From a virus (taxonomy: Duplodnaviria; Caudoviricetes), in IMG/VR virus record IMGVR_UViG_3300025138_000051, positions 1-54,445 of that record: a DNA stretch of 54,445 nt; one strand, written 5' to 3'. The position numbers were made by a program, and so were the translations under genes. The notes below the pieces were generated by a model, which worked only from the letters and a program-made list of their open reading frames with translations, had not been told where the DNA came from and did not search any database. This document shows positions 19,001 through 27,800 of the stretch, piece by piece (position 1 is the first letter of the stretch; every line of letters begins with the position of its first letter).

Positions 19001-19655
19001 GTATACCACCACCACTTTCTTCATAAATTTTATTGAAGCTACGCATTTCATCAGACATACCAATGTTATCCATTTCTTCAACAACCCTCATGTATTCTGT
19101 TAAATCTTCTTCTGAAATAGATGCGCCACGAGCATATAAGTTTAGAGCATCGTCTAAGGTTGCACCTTGACCCACCCCTTGTGAGGCAGCTCTCCACATA
19201 TCTCCAAAGAAATCTGTTACAGTGTTTTTACCCACCATTTCTTCAAGCCAAGTATTCTTTTCCCCTACTTGAGTATTACCTCCGTAACGAGTTCCTACAG
19301 GGTCTTGAGGTATAAAAACACTTTCTTCTGTTAAATTTTGTACGTTAAGTCCGTCACTTAATGAACCTGCCAACGGAGAAGATAATCCCGATGAAGATTG
19401 ATCCTCTGGAATTGTTTGATCTTGCATAGTCGTATCCAATCCCATATCTTGGGTAGGAGAAACTTGCGGAGAATCTTTTTTTTTTAATGGCTCAATATAT
19501 TGATTAAACTGTTCTTCGTCTTCAAATGTTCCAGGCTTAAACAAATCAAATAATTCATCAGTCCCATCTTCTTCAATAAAAGTTTTAAATTCTTCTATAT
19601 CCACGAATGTCCCATCGGGCATTAATCCAAATAATTCTTGTAATAATTCCTCCAT
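13002..19655 (-). CDS. giant internal virion/ejection protein (2217 aa)
   Basis: Size, Gly/Ala zipper segment, helical C-terminus and position last in the post-tail cluster; function inferred from synteny. Confidence 0.75.
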   Translation of the reverse strand: MEELLQELFGLMPDGTFVDIEEFKTFIEEDGTDELFDLFKPGTFEDEEQFNQYIEPLKKKDSPQVSPTQDMGLDTTMQDQTIPEDQSSSGLSSPLAGSLSDGLNVQNLTEESVFIPQDPVGTRYGGNTQVGEKNTWLEEMVGKNTVTDFFGDMWRAASQGVGQGATLDDALNLYARGASISEEDLTEYMRVVEEMDNIGMSDEMRSFNKIYEESGGGILGFVKGVAFNPSVVNQLLISSIASMVNPTVAAGAGAGAVVGGGVGAAAGAIGGPLAAITGAGGAITGSLMGAGAALETGLSFTEFLKEAVEKKGLEFNDDGIRAVLEDPEALQGIRNKSAARGLVIGTIDGLTRGVAGKLGGSAVKTAKAAGKQVSKKMATRAGLKAAGIEALGGSAGETAARAATNLDFVNRGTGGQEFDVAEIGFEGITGQASSVLSVPQAVTGTSLTDVARNVFKPAKYGTISKGGDVTPTSKADIEAMVDTMTDEEIRTAQFDIKNDPELSNKITLRKQAAQFDLDIPDYIQGEDRAKLIALEQESANMQDPTLKVNKKRKADIDIQINKILDKYEGVMAQSVKVSDTKGNTTNLNISITKDSAIEALENEGVTDASVEQIEAKQKELFEQARLDSAPDVFGKTHSDKKLPYGKAVLSGITNPDEKGVQTATYNNPKTGELDVVISSSGDSKNFVGFTRIYDSNGNPTNQFTAKMESTGNEFKNMITMAEASLPPGSEVVETTTISEGGLNVYYKSKNLTEKVDADGNVVTQTTAYSDATQESVKDKGGTDAFKAFQTDDKAKAEAEVEKIKKAYPGIEVKIKRKGTKKGKKSYTIDVALPVLEKTTNVTNELNTKPDAIQKPSTTEVDAQESTQDSKTVGEGDPTANVSTESTEVESSTTTKAQTETEVNDAIDSRDPGKLKDVRSKLIEEKQEGSESFNNVMNTIKEVAAEENVSVDEFLQAEQRVTADPQRVKNIAQDIKKKILGRRPKSINPAFIVKQVTEYLRGTKLAEQLNQVEYDALVREVSEDLGIQAPSRASINKGFKLAEQNNRMLGTINEGKNKTVPQKRVVVNERTALKDQIIMQAKAAKKAVKSYQSFLKNITAEIKSLRKGGKVSSMQTTVLTDRLAAVKPFVKESVDSYLAFVDKVMTDADFTAKITRAKKLKTKAKENIKSKIGPVSNDLKVALNQVLGFNPSIIPDAKLDSYLQLMEEFGSSKAVLDLKEKSTTMQQALDIINAVEAEVNVDENLSVDQKPTPDDYNVEEGVAGVKAVKISKKELSKISDPRAREIARILSELNEKEIRSLGREKKDGTMDYSAIETLKKVKQNIQNGYVPAAAMKLVNKVDINNRKIKVEPVIAKVKKESIYRNVKSAYQKIKSMKTDKSFVLERVRSGPLFNVDDIFGNFNSKTIYNNTFGRLGKAFETYKSETKKEVAKVEAADKILEFDGVNQVRKKTRMGRSQNAIVKSKYKIRMLQLQREFLSNFKNDKPNKKTPSALEFVDATLQAIKNVGILSEKDGKLLTELKEQFLDGDQLSLEKLEKSLTPAEKKALALYDEVNNGLAQKAVFVSTMHGNQVDLLNNYNHHSVINTDGDAKTEVAKRAKEYVNTVDSTTKSKTIIERTDGAKAISFDPSYSAIRGVQQINMDYYMTQDLQQVGGLVNTIKSELENNPNASRSSIMAANALTRSINEVVENVFMQSYSDATLSDKVMQEVKRIGYQSALASLPRAAAELIGNFGMMLSNPAKATRAMKSFGTFTSNPYNTEIMFDALTNLQSGVTSKLVDSDALTSKYSDMSDFVQPSRSSGQAVSQMSNVMGAIMRFSGIKQTYAAVNEVGNKVLSYPDQVLSRPMWFGAFADSFAETTGIKLTSEDFKKIADGTSKYLGVDFKEARQEATQKADGSVVVMATSSNPFDGILKNTPKVSDSGLMQLYKLSNSYMQRFTLFEFGTARHAIHALHKKGDLSKAEALGLLAGVTFRMSSYMVMYSMLTSLMDDELFDVKDDKREDDDLEDMMVRQLVGSSLGLMTGGTLGNFAKIPINFMLEYGINEPLMKDFRKGEYDPFVHSMVFSQINQDDLASGDLLKVGSKVLAGPYGPLLKTLIRTGTVLTRLNSDTAKPETIAKYEKELEERLAVEALGNLGLLPFYKDIRRIILKDMFGKRPLTKKQQDAYDDYMDSRKVIGGDKTSGGKRKVLQRPKPIQKNSSNKQKRRRLSKPLSKGLN

Positions 19656-19667
19656 TCTTTATTATTA

Positions 19668-21845
19668 TTATTGAGCATTAAAAGCTGCTGTTATTTCAGC
19701 AGTTGTTGCACCTGGATTAGTAGCTAAAAAGTCAGCTTTAAAAGCTGGATAACTCATTTTAATTTTATTTTTAACTTTCCCTCTGTTTTTGTAAGCTAAT
19801 TCATTTAACTCATTTAAAGCTCTTTGAATCTGTTGTCCATACTTACGAGTCTCTACACCGTTTGGCATATCTCCTGCAGCCATGACTACTATTTCTTTAT
19901 CCACTCCATTTTCTTTAAACTTAATAACAGACTTTCTACCTGTTCCATCTCCAGTGACTTCGGTTCTTACTTCACTTATACCAGCTCTTGTTCTTGCATC
20001 TGAGGCTGCTTGTGTAGTAAAGTCTTCAATAAACTTATTTGAAACTTCTGCAATTTGATCATCATCATCAGAAAAAGCATTACCAATGTTAGGCCCAAAA
20101 GCCGTATCCCCTGGCGCACCATCTCCTGTCCAGAAATTTCTTGAGGTTTGCGAACCAGTAGGTGTGGCTACTGCAGTTTCATCTCCAAGCACTTCAGGTT
20201 TTTGTATATCCTGAGTATAACCTACGTTTCTATTTTCTCCTCTTTCTCCGACAGATATTTTTTCTTGTGTAATAAATCCATCTATTTCAGAAGGTGATAA
20301 AGCTAAATCCCCTCCTTCAGCTTGCGCACCAGGAACAAGTATTTGATATAGCGCACCAATATCTTCTCTTACTGATGTTTCACTTGTGATACTGTCCATA
20401 TCATTCTCATCTCTAATTCTTCGTTTTATTATGGTTGGCTCTCCTGATTCATATGTAATAATAATTTTATCATCATTAATATCAATGTCATTTATTCTTG
20501 GTCTACCACCGTTTTCAATTCCACCTCTTTGTTCATTAATATTAGTAACTAATGTTCTCATTGTAGCTTCAGAAGAAGCAATATCAGGATTAGTTAAAAC
20601 TTTATTTATATCTCTTATATAAGCAGATTTTTTTCTGTTATTTACACCTGCTTTGGCTTCAGTTGGTGATTCAGCTCTTGCTTCTCTACCAGCCATTTCT
20701 TGAGTTTGTTTGATTTTTAAATCAATACGGCTTTCAATAGCACGTTTAGCTATGTTTCGAGCCTGCGTCATTTGTTCTGGTGTAAGCTTAATTTCTGGTC
20801 TACCATTTACATTTTTATATATTACATACTTTGATATACCTTTTTTCTTAGCTTCAGCTTCAGACTGTACCATTTTATATCCTGCACCTGTTAAAACCTG
20901 CATAGCATTCATTGAACTTAAATCACTTTTATCACCAGTAATAGTATCTACTTGATCACTCATGAATTCTTCATAAGTTATTTTAGTTCCATCATCATTC
21001 TTTAAATCCATATACCCTTTTCCATCAGGAGTTTCTGCATCAAATAAATTTCTAAAATCTTGAATAGAAGTTACTTGACCACCACCACTATAAAGATTGT
21101 ATTCTTGTGATGTAGATAAAATTACATCTGCTAAATTCTCTGTAATACCATCAGCTAATGTATTTGTGTTTCTACGATCTAATTTAAAATCAGTAGCTAC
21201 ATTTAAGTAAGCTGTGTTTTGAAAAGCTTCTGGATTTGTTTCTGGATCTGGCATAACTAAATTTCCAGTTCCATCATCTTCCATTGTAACTAAAACCAGT
21301 TCTCCGTTTCTTGGATTTGTAATTAATCTTTTATTTCTTAAATTACCAAAACCAAATGTCCCTTCATTCCAAGTCATTTCCATATCTGAAGCAATGGACT
21401 GACCGTCTTCACCAAGCTCTAATCTTGTCATAGCTTCTTGGTACTTAGCATCAGCTCCTTCAGCGTATAGGCTTAAATTTTTATACCCATCTAATTGACT
21501 TTGCATAATTAATTGATAGTCTTTAGGATCAAGACCACCATTACGGAGCAATTCCATATTAGCCATTAATGTTTTTTTAGAAAAATCTGAACCATTAATT
21601 AAAAGTTTACCTAATGATTGATTATCAACATCAGCAATTTGAGCCAAATCATTCATGGCTTTATTTGTCGCATCTGTTATGGCTTGCTTTTTAGCCTCTC
21701 TGCCGTCACGAATTGCATTTGCACCTGTAGTTAAATCCTTAGCTATCTGTCCCCAATTAACTTGAGTAGCTTGAGTGTCTCTATTTACATATACTGAATA
21801 CTGATTCGCAGCTGCTGCTCTGTCGTTGTTTTCTTTTTCTGCCAT
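19668..21845 (-). CDS. putative internal virion/ejection protein (725 aa)
   Basis: Position between the small Ala/Gln-rich protein and the giant protein; no Cys. Confidence 0.65.
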   Translation of the reverse strand: MAEKENNDRAAAANQYSVYVNRDTQATQVNWGQIAKDLTTGANAIRDGREAKKQAITDATNKAMNDLAQIADVDNQSLGKLLINGSDFSKKTLMANMELLRNGGLDPKDYQLIMQSQLDGYKNLSLYAEGADAKYQEAMTRLELGEDGQSIASDMEMTWNEGTFGFGNLRNKRLITNPRNGELVLVTMEDDGTGNLVMPDPETNPEAFQNTAYLNVATDFKLDRRNTNTLADGITENLADVILSTSQEYNLYSGGGQVTSIQDFRNLFDAETPDGKGYMDLKNDDGTKITYEEFMSDQVDTITGDKSDLSSMNAMQVLTGAGYKMVQSEAEAKKKGISKYVIYKNVNGRPEIKLTPEQMTQARNIAKRAIESRIDLKIKQTQEMAGREARAESPTEAKAGVNNRKKSAYIRDINKVLTNPDIASSEATMRTLVTNINEQRGGIENGGRPRINDIDINDDKIIITYESGEPTIIKRRIRDENDMDSITSETSVREDIGALYQILVPGAQAEGGDLALSPSEIDGFITQEKISVGERGENRNVGYTQDIQKPEVLGDETAVATPTGSQTSRNFWTGDGAPGDTAFGPNIGNAFSDDDDQIAEVSNKFIEDFTTQAASDARTRAGISEVRTEVTGDGTGRKSVIKFKENGVDKEIVVMAAGDMPNGVETRKYGQQIQRALNELNELAYKNRGKVKNKIKMSYPAFKADFLATNPGATTAEITAAFNAQ

Positions 21846-21856
21846 GAACTATAATT

Positions 21857-22618
21857 TTACTGAGCTGGTTTATACATTTTGTCAAATATAGAGTAGTCAA
21901 AGGTTGTATTATCTCTCAAGAACCCTCTTGTTTGTTTTCCACTAAAATCTTGCTGTCTTAATGTATTTTTTATTTGTGCTGCTGATAATTCTCCACCTGC
22001 TGCTGCCTCTATAGAAGTTGCATCTAAACCATCATATAATGCTTCAGCTCTTTTCATACCGCCAGTTTTACCATATAAAGGTGCAATAGATGCTAAACTA
22101 CTTGCGGCCGTACCAATACCTGATATACCACTTGAAATAGCAGCAACTCGTGCTTGATCAGCATCTCTGGCCATTGCAGCCTGATCAGCCGCTTGACCCA
22201 TGTCCATAGCTTTTAAATCTTGGTTTATGGTATTTTGAGCGTCAGCTTTCATTTTTCTATTTTCATACAAAGCTTCTCCTAAACCAATACGAGTCTGTTC
22301 GTTAGCCGCTGCTCCTGCTGCGGTTAAAGCACCAATTCCTCCTTGTAAGTTTCTTTGATCACCTTCTTGTAAAGCTTGAATGGCCTGTTGTTGTCCAGCA
22401 ATATTTTGTCTAAATTGTTCACCATAAGCATCTAATGGCACATTAAGACCTTGATAAAAGTTTTTCTCTGCTCGTTCTCTTGCTGAAGCTTGAAGTTTTT
22501 TTTGCTCTGCTATCGCCTTAGATGATGCTCTTTTTTGTTGAGCGGCTTGACTAAAAGACATGCCTGCACTTGCCAAACCTGAACCAATACCTACTACTGC
22601 TGCTGTTGTTACTGCCAT
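21857..22618 (-). CDS. putative ejection/pilot protein
   Basis: Ala/Gly/Gln-rich with N-terminal and internal Gly-zipper hydrophobic segments (T7 gp14-like character). Confidence 0.7.
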   Translation of the reverse strand: MAVTTAAVVGIGSGLASAGMSFSQAAQQKRASSKAIAEQKKLQASARERAEKNFYQGLNVPLDAYGEQFRQNIAGQQQAIQALQEGDQRNLQGGIGALTAAGAAANEQTRIGLGEALYENRKMKADAQNTINQDLKAMDMGQAADQAAMARDADQARVAAISSGISGIGTAASSLASIAPLYGKTGGMKRAEALYDGLDATSIEAAAGGELSAAQIKNTLRQQDFSGKQTRGFLRDNTTFDYSIFDKMYKPAQ

Positions 22619-22619
22619 A

Positions 22620-23030
22620 TTATAATACTTTAATCATTTCACTCGTATAACTTGAACCTTCTACATAACCTATTTTTTTATAGGTATCAATTAAAGGTTT
22701 GTTTTTTATTAATGCATACGAATATTTATATCCTTTTGTTTTAGCAATTTCAGTTATATGTTCTATTAATAATCCAATTGCTTCTTTTCTTTTTTGTCTA
22801 TCTTTGTAATGTATATTAGATATGATCCAATCACACCAGACAGATTTAGAGTTTGTTTCATACATAAAACCTGCGCATATAGGAGTATCTTTTTCATATA
22901 CAATATATCCTCCTACACCATTTTCTGGTAAAAAGTCTCTGTGAGGTGGTGTCCATCTCCAGTCTTTCCACCACTGACATAATATATTATCATAGTCAGC
23001 AAATTTTAAAGGCTTTACATTTAATTTCAT
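22620..23030 (-). CDS. GNAT-fold protein preceding the ejection genes
   Basis: PICAGFMY...LIEHITEIAKTKGY...YKKIGY pattern; position analogous to T7 gp13. Confidence 0.7.
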   Translation of the reverse strand: MKLNVKPLKFADYDNILCQWWKDWRWTPPHRDFLPENGVGGYIVYEKDTPICAGFMYETNSKSVWCDWIISNIHYKDRQKRKEAIGLLIEHITEIAKTKGYKYSYALIKNKPLIDTYKKIGYVEGSSYTSEMIKVL

Positions 23031-23036
23031 TTAAAG

Positions 23037-23044
23037 CAAAGATA
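23037..23044 (-). promoter_or_regulatory. late promoter -7 element TATCTTTG
   Basis: In the 22-nt intergenic gap, only 6 nt before the ATG at 23030. Confidence 0.65.
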
Positions 23045-23052
23045 GTAAATTT

Positions 23053-23838
23053 CTATGGAAAACTTTTCATCATGCTACTACCAACAGAAAACAACTCTAC
23101 TTCAGTAGTATCGTCATTAACTAAAGTAAATTCCATATAGTAACCACGCATACCGTAACTCTCCGCTACAGTGTTATTAGCAAACAATAAAAAGTTATTA
23201 GCTACAGGAGCAGTTGCGCCCGTTACTGTGGTATCTAAAGTTACAGTTCCGCTGTCTCCTAACTTAGTTACTGCTGTTACTTTTCCTGCAAGCACAGGAG
23301 CTTGGCCATTAACTAAAGTATAAGCGTTTGCACCATTAGTAATAAGGTTTCCTATATTATTATTAAAAGAACAAACTAATGCATTGGCGTTTCCAGCTAC
23401 ACTTGCTATAGTTCCTAAACCATTAGAATATCTTAAAGCAAAATTTGTAACACCTGTGTTGTGTCTTACATAAGCAAACCATTCCCCTTCTTTCTGTTCA
23501 AAGTTTATTTCTGCTACATTTCCTTGACTTAAATCTGTAAGTAAAGATGTGCAATTCCAAACCGCATTACTTTCAAAAGAAAGTGTTTTAAATAATTTAA
23601 TTGTTAGCGATGGCTCAGGATTAAATACACTGGTTACTTGTGAACTACCTTGGATGCCATAATAGTTATTACGTAATGGAGAAGTATTATGTCTATATAT
23701 ATTTCCATTTTGAAACGTATACAAAAAACCATTCATTCCTTTTATATATTCAGGATAGAATGTGTAAAATGACGGCCAACCTTCAACACCTTCGCTGTAG
23801 GTTAATGTAAATGGATTATTTAATGATGGTATAGGCAT
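23053..23838 (-). CDS. tail protein, resembles the C-terminal part of a nozzle/stabilisation protein
   Basis: TLTYSEGVEGWPSFYTFYPE...KEGEWF...MRGYY...ELF.V motifs. Confidence 0.65.
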   Translation of the reverse strand: MPIPSLNNPFTLTYSEGVEGWPSFYTFYPEYIKGMNGFLYTFQNGNIYRHNTSPLRNNYYGIQGSSQVTSVFNPEPSLTIKLFKTLSFESNAVWNCTSLLTDLSQGNVAEINFEQKEGEWFAYVRHNTGVTNFALRYSNGLGTIASVAGNANALVCSFNNNIGNLITNGANAYTLVNGQAPVLAGKVTAVTKLGDSGTVTLDTTVTGATAPVANNFLLFANNTVAESYGMRGYYMEFTLVNDDTTEVELFSVGSSMMKSFP

Positions 23839-23847
23839 AGTTTTTTT

Positions 23848-24888
23848 TTATGGTGTTACACAGTTTCCAGTTGATATTACTACCCCTCTTCTAACTTGAA
23901 TATATGAACTTGAAGCTTGTAATGAATAGAATTTAGGGGTTGCTGTGTCGTTTAAATAAGTCGATCCATTAATTGTAGTAAACACAAAGTTCCCTACATT
24001 TGGTATTGTATTAGTGTCTTCATTAAAAGGAGCTGTAGTACCTGTAGCGTTTCTTGCAAAATATAACGTTTGAGTATCTGCACCACAATTAGGTACACTA
24101 TTAGTTGCTGCGGATGCTGTAAATGAAGGTAAATCTGCTGGACAATCTACTTCCCAACTAAAAGCTGTTCCACACATAGGTGCAGCAATTAATACATTTC
24201 CTAAAGTAGGCGTAACACTTGTTTTAGGAAAGACTAAAGTAAATACTGGAGAGGAAGGTGTTGATGTATCAGTGGCGTATCCAACCTGATTATTTACTAC
24301 ACTAACACTTTGAAGAGTGCCTTGAGCTACATAAGATCCACTTGTTAAAACGTAATTTTGAGGTTGATCTCCTTGACTACATGAACCTCCTGGAGCTGTT
24401 GTGTAGTTCCCAACTAAATTTGCATTTTGATTACCAACATACGTAGGTAGTTGTGTGCCTTGATTATTTTGTCCTGCATAATCTACAGTTGCTCCTGATC
24501 CGTCCACTAACGTTACTCCATTATGATTGTTAAAAGCAGTCAGTCTATTATAATAAGCACTATTGTAAGTTACTAATAAACCATCAGGTATACTTGATCC
24601 TAAAAAACATCTTAATATAACCGCACCTGTGGAGTTGGCTAAATCAACTGAAGCTTGAAACCATCCGTTTTGATTACTTATAGCCGCAGAAACTCCATTA
24701 CCACAGGACACCGCACATGTATCGCATGATTGTGCGTTTAACAAAATACCATTTAATTGTTGTCTTACAATACCTGCATTAGAATAGAATCCATCAGGCG
24801 CAAGAGTGGTCAATGCTGCATTTGTATATATAGCAGATGCAGTAGAGAAAGATGTTCCATTAAAATAATATATTCCTAATTGAGCCAT
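23848..24888 (-). CDS. Cys-rich beta-structured virion protein
   Basis: 346 aa, T/S/N/G-rich, Cys-bounded modules at both ends. Confidence 0.7.
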   Translation of the reverse strand: MAQLGIYYFNGTSFSTASAIYTNAALTTLAPDGFYSNAGIVRQQLNGILLNAQSCDTCAVSCGNGVSAAISNQNGWFQASVDLANSTGAVILRCFLGSSIPDGLLVTYNSAYYNRLTAFNNHNGVTLVDGSGATVDYAGQNNQGTQLPTYVGNQNANLVGNYTTAPGGSCSQGDQPQNYVLTSGSYVAQGTLQSVSVVNNQVGYATDTSTPSSPVFTLVFPKTSVTPTLGNVLIAAPMCGTAFSWEVDCPADLPSFTASAATNSVPNCGADTQTLYFARNATGTTAPFNEDTNTIPNVGNFVFTTINGSTYLNDTATPKFYSLQASSSYIQVRRGVVISTGNCVTP

Positions 24889-24897
24889 TTTATTTTT

Positions 24898-27800
24898 TTA
24901 ACAATTAATTATTTGAATTACTAAACCACTTGTACCAACTTGCATATACTGAGTGTTTGATATTTTATAATAACCTAAAGGTAAGAAATTTACTATTCCT
25001 AAATTACTATCTTCACAATTTGAATTTGTATAGATTGAACTTCCTACTATTGGTAAAGCATTACTTCCGTTATTATGATAATAAGTGCTTGATCTAACTA
25101 ACCCACAAGCATCTTGTGGTTGCTCTGTTCCAGAACTTGCAAGAAATGAAGTACAACTCCATGTACATAAACAACAAGCATCATTAGCTGAATTTGCATC
25201 ATAACATAATTGTTGTGCAGAAATTTCTCTTACGTCATATATCACATATAAATATTGATTATTTGTAGGTAAACTTAAATTTGATACAGTTGCTAAATGA
25301 ATATTAGTTGATGGATTAGTAACAGCACTATTAGGTATTGTAGTTGCAGCTGCTAATAATGAAGCTACTCCTGCAGGTGTGTTTGGATATAAAGTATTAG
25401 AAGATAAGTATCTAAAATTATCTTGAGGGTAACTCCAATCATATGTATCAAAGTTAACTTTGTTAACTCTAATAGTAAAATTCACCCCACTGTAAGGAAA
25501 AGTTCCTTGTGATCTAACACCAACCTGACTATTATAAAAACTAAATATAGTATTATTAGAGCCTAATGTTGCCATGTCACTATCAACAGGACTAATAGAA
25601 GTTGTATCTGCCCAATTGTATTCTACGTGTATAGTTTGGCCACTATTAGTACTTGAATTTATTAAACACTTAAATACTGTTAATGGAGTTTTAACTACAC
25701 ATTCAGGTGTTACACTATAAGTTGCTGTTCCCCCAGGTGTAATTTTTATTGTTGCTGTTGTAGGTGTGGCAGATGATTTAGTCCAACTAAAGTTTCCAGA
25801 TCCTGTAACGCTACCTGAATTATAATTATTACCATTCCATGAAACATTTATAGTTATACTACCTGAAGTAACATTATAAGCTACGTTTGAAGCTCCAATT
25901 ATAGTTCCATACTCATAAGTATTAGAAACTATTTGATTTTGGTTTTTAAAATTTATTTCTACACCACAACCATAAACAGGGTCTGGAACAGGAACTGAAT
26001 TTAAATTAGTACCTATTACATACTCGTCCATAAAAGGATCGTACCCTCCTATTTTTTGTGTATTGAGCTGAAAGTTGAATTGGTCTCTAAACCAAGATCT
26101 CATACCCAAATCAGATATTACTTTTAATCTGTCATTCACAGAATTACCAACCAGTTCGATAACAGCTCCTCTTTTAGTATCTGTAAAATAAAAGTAAGCT
26201 CCATAGTTTGCAAAACTTTCTGGATTATAACTAATACCATATTCTTCTACACGAGCTATTTGCGTCCCTAAAACTTGAGGCACTGAAGCAATAACACCAC
26301 CACCTGTTGAATCGCTAATAATATTTTTAGATGCAAGTACATAACTAATTCTATCTTCTTGCAATGTTAAAATATCTGTTTCTCTTGCAAACAATAATTG
26401 TATAGGGCCAAATGAAGTTTCTAAAGTTTTAAAATTAGCTAATCCTAAATTAAATTCATTAAGATTATTTAATCCTGAACTACTACTGTATACTCCACTG
26501 TATGTTAAATCAGCAAATCTATTTGTTTCTTTAAAATCTTGTTGTGACGCTGCCAATCCTCTTTGACCCATTACTACAGATCTTCCTTCTATTCTATCTA
26601 AATATTTAAAACTTTCTACTCCGTTACCAAACGTGTAACAATCCATAAAATCTAAAGTTACTATAGCTGGTTGAGTTAAAGTTTGATTTTGATCTCCAGC
26701 ATCAGTATCATTATCTGATTGATGTAACATAATTCCTGTACCTCCATTTCTAACTAAAGGCAATGCTCTCGATGCATCATAGTATATCTCTTCATTTGCA
26801 TCAGCTGGCTGTGTTTCAAAAACTAATACTGAATTAGCTCTTTGTACAACTATGTCAGCTTTGACCCTCATTGTTTTGTTACCAATATTAAAAGGTTCGT
26901 CTACTCCAATACCACCACATCTAACACCTAACCATAAAGGACTGTTTACATCTCCTGGAACTGCTTGTATAAATTGAAAAGTCATGGTAAATTTCCCATT
27001 ACAATCTACATTGTTAGCACGTTTATAAGTTCCGCCTGAGCCACTTATTGATGGATCAATACCACTACCAGATGGTGTAGCAAACGCACTGGAATATTCA
27101 CCAGTACATTCTACGTTTTCACAAAGATCTGCTTCAAGATCAACATTAGATGCTGTCCACCAATCTGCAAAATCATTAAATGTTTCCGAAGCAACAAATG
27201 TTTTTTCTATTCTCCAATGTCTTATAGGTGCGCCTAATCCATTACCTCCCCTTCTAAATTCAAACATAACCTCTATTATTGAACCTCCAGGAATATTGTA
27301 ATTTGTAGTTGAGTTATTAGCTTGATCATATGTAAATAACGGATAAGATAAAGCCCATACAGTACCACAAGCATTTTCACTATCACTACCTCGACTTCTT
27401 TCTCCATAATCTATTATAGCGTCATCACTAATTTCAATACTAAAATTAGATGCTTTAAGCTGCATATAAAGTCCTGCTAATTGCTCAGAGTTTGTTCCAA
27501 GCTCTTGCACTCCGTTTAAAAAATCAGAACTTTGAGCATCAACCGCAAGTACAGTTGTTTCAACTAAAGATGTTAATGCACCCCCAGTATCTCTTTTTAC
27601 AATAATTCTATCTCCTGTCTTTACTTTATTGGTGTTATCTCCTTCTAATTTAAAATGAGTTACATTATCAAAAGGATTGGTGTAAAAGAAATTTGTATAT
27701 ATTGTCTCATAACCTGCTTTACTTGGCTTTACTACGAATTTATATTTAGTTGCCCAAGTAGGAGCATAGTTGTTTACTGTTACTTGTATTCTGTTTTTAT

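Noticed and set aside
13002-19655. Virion RNA polymerase as in crAss-like phages
   Set aside because: No catalytic DxDxD-type motif found by eye, and early genes have host-type promoters; structure prediction would be needed to exclude it fully.
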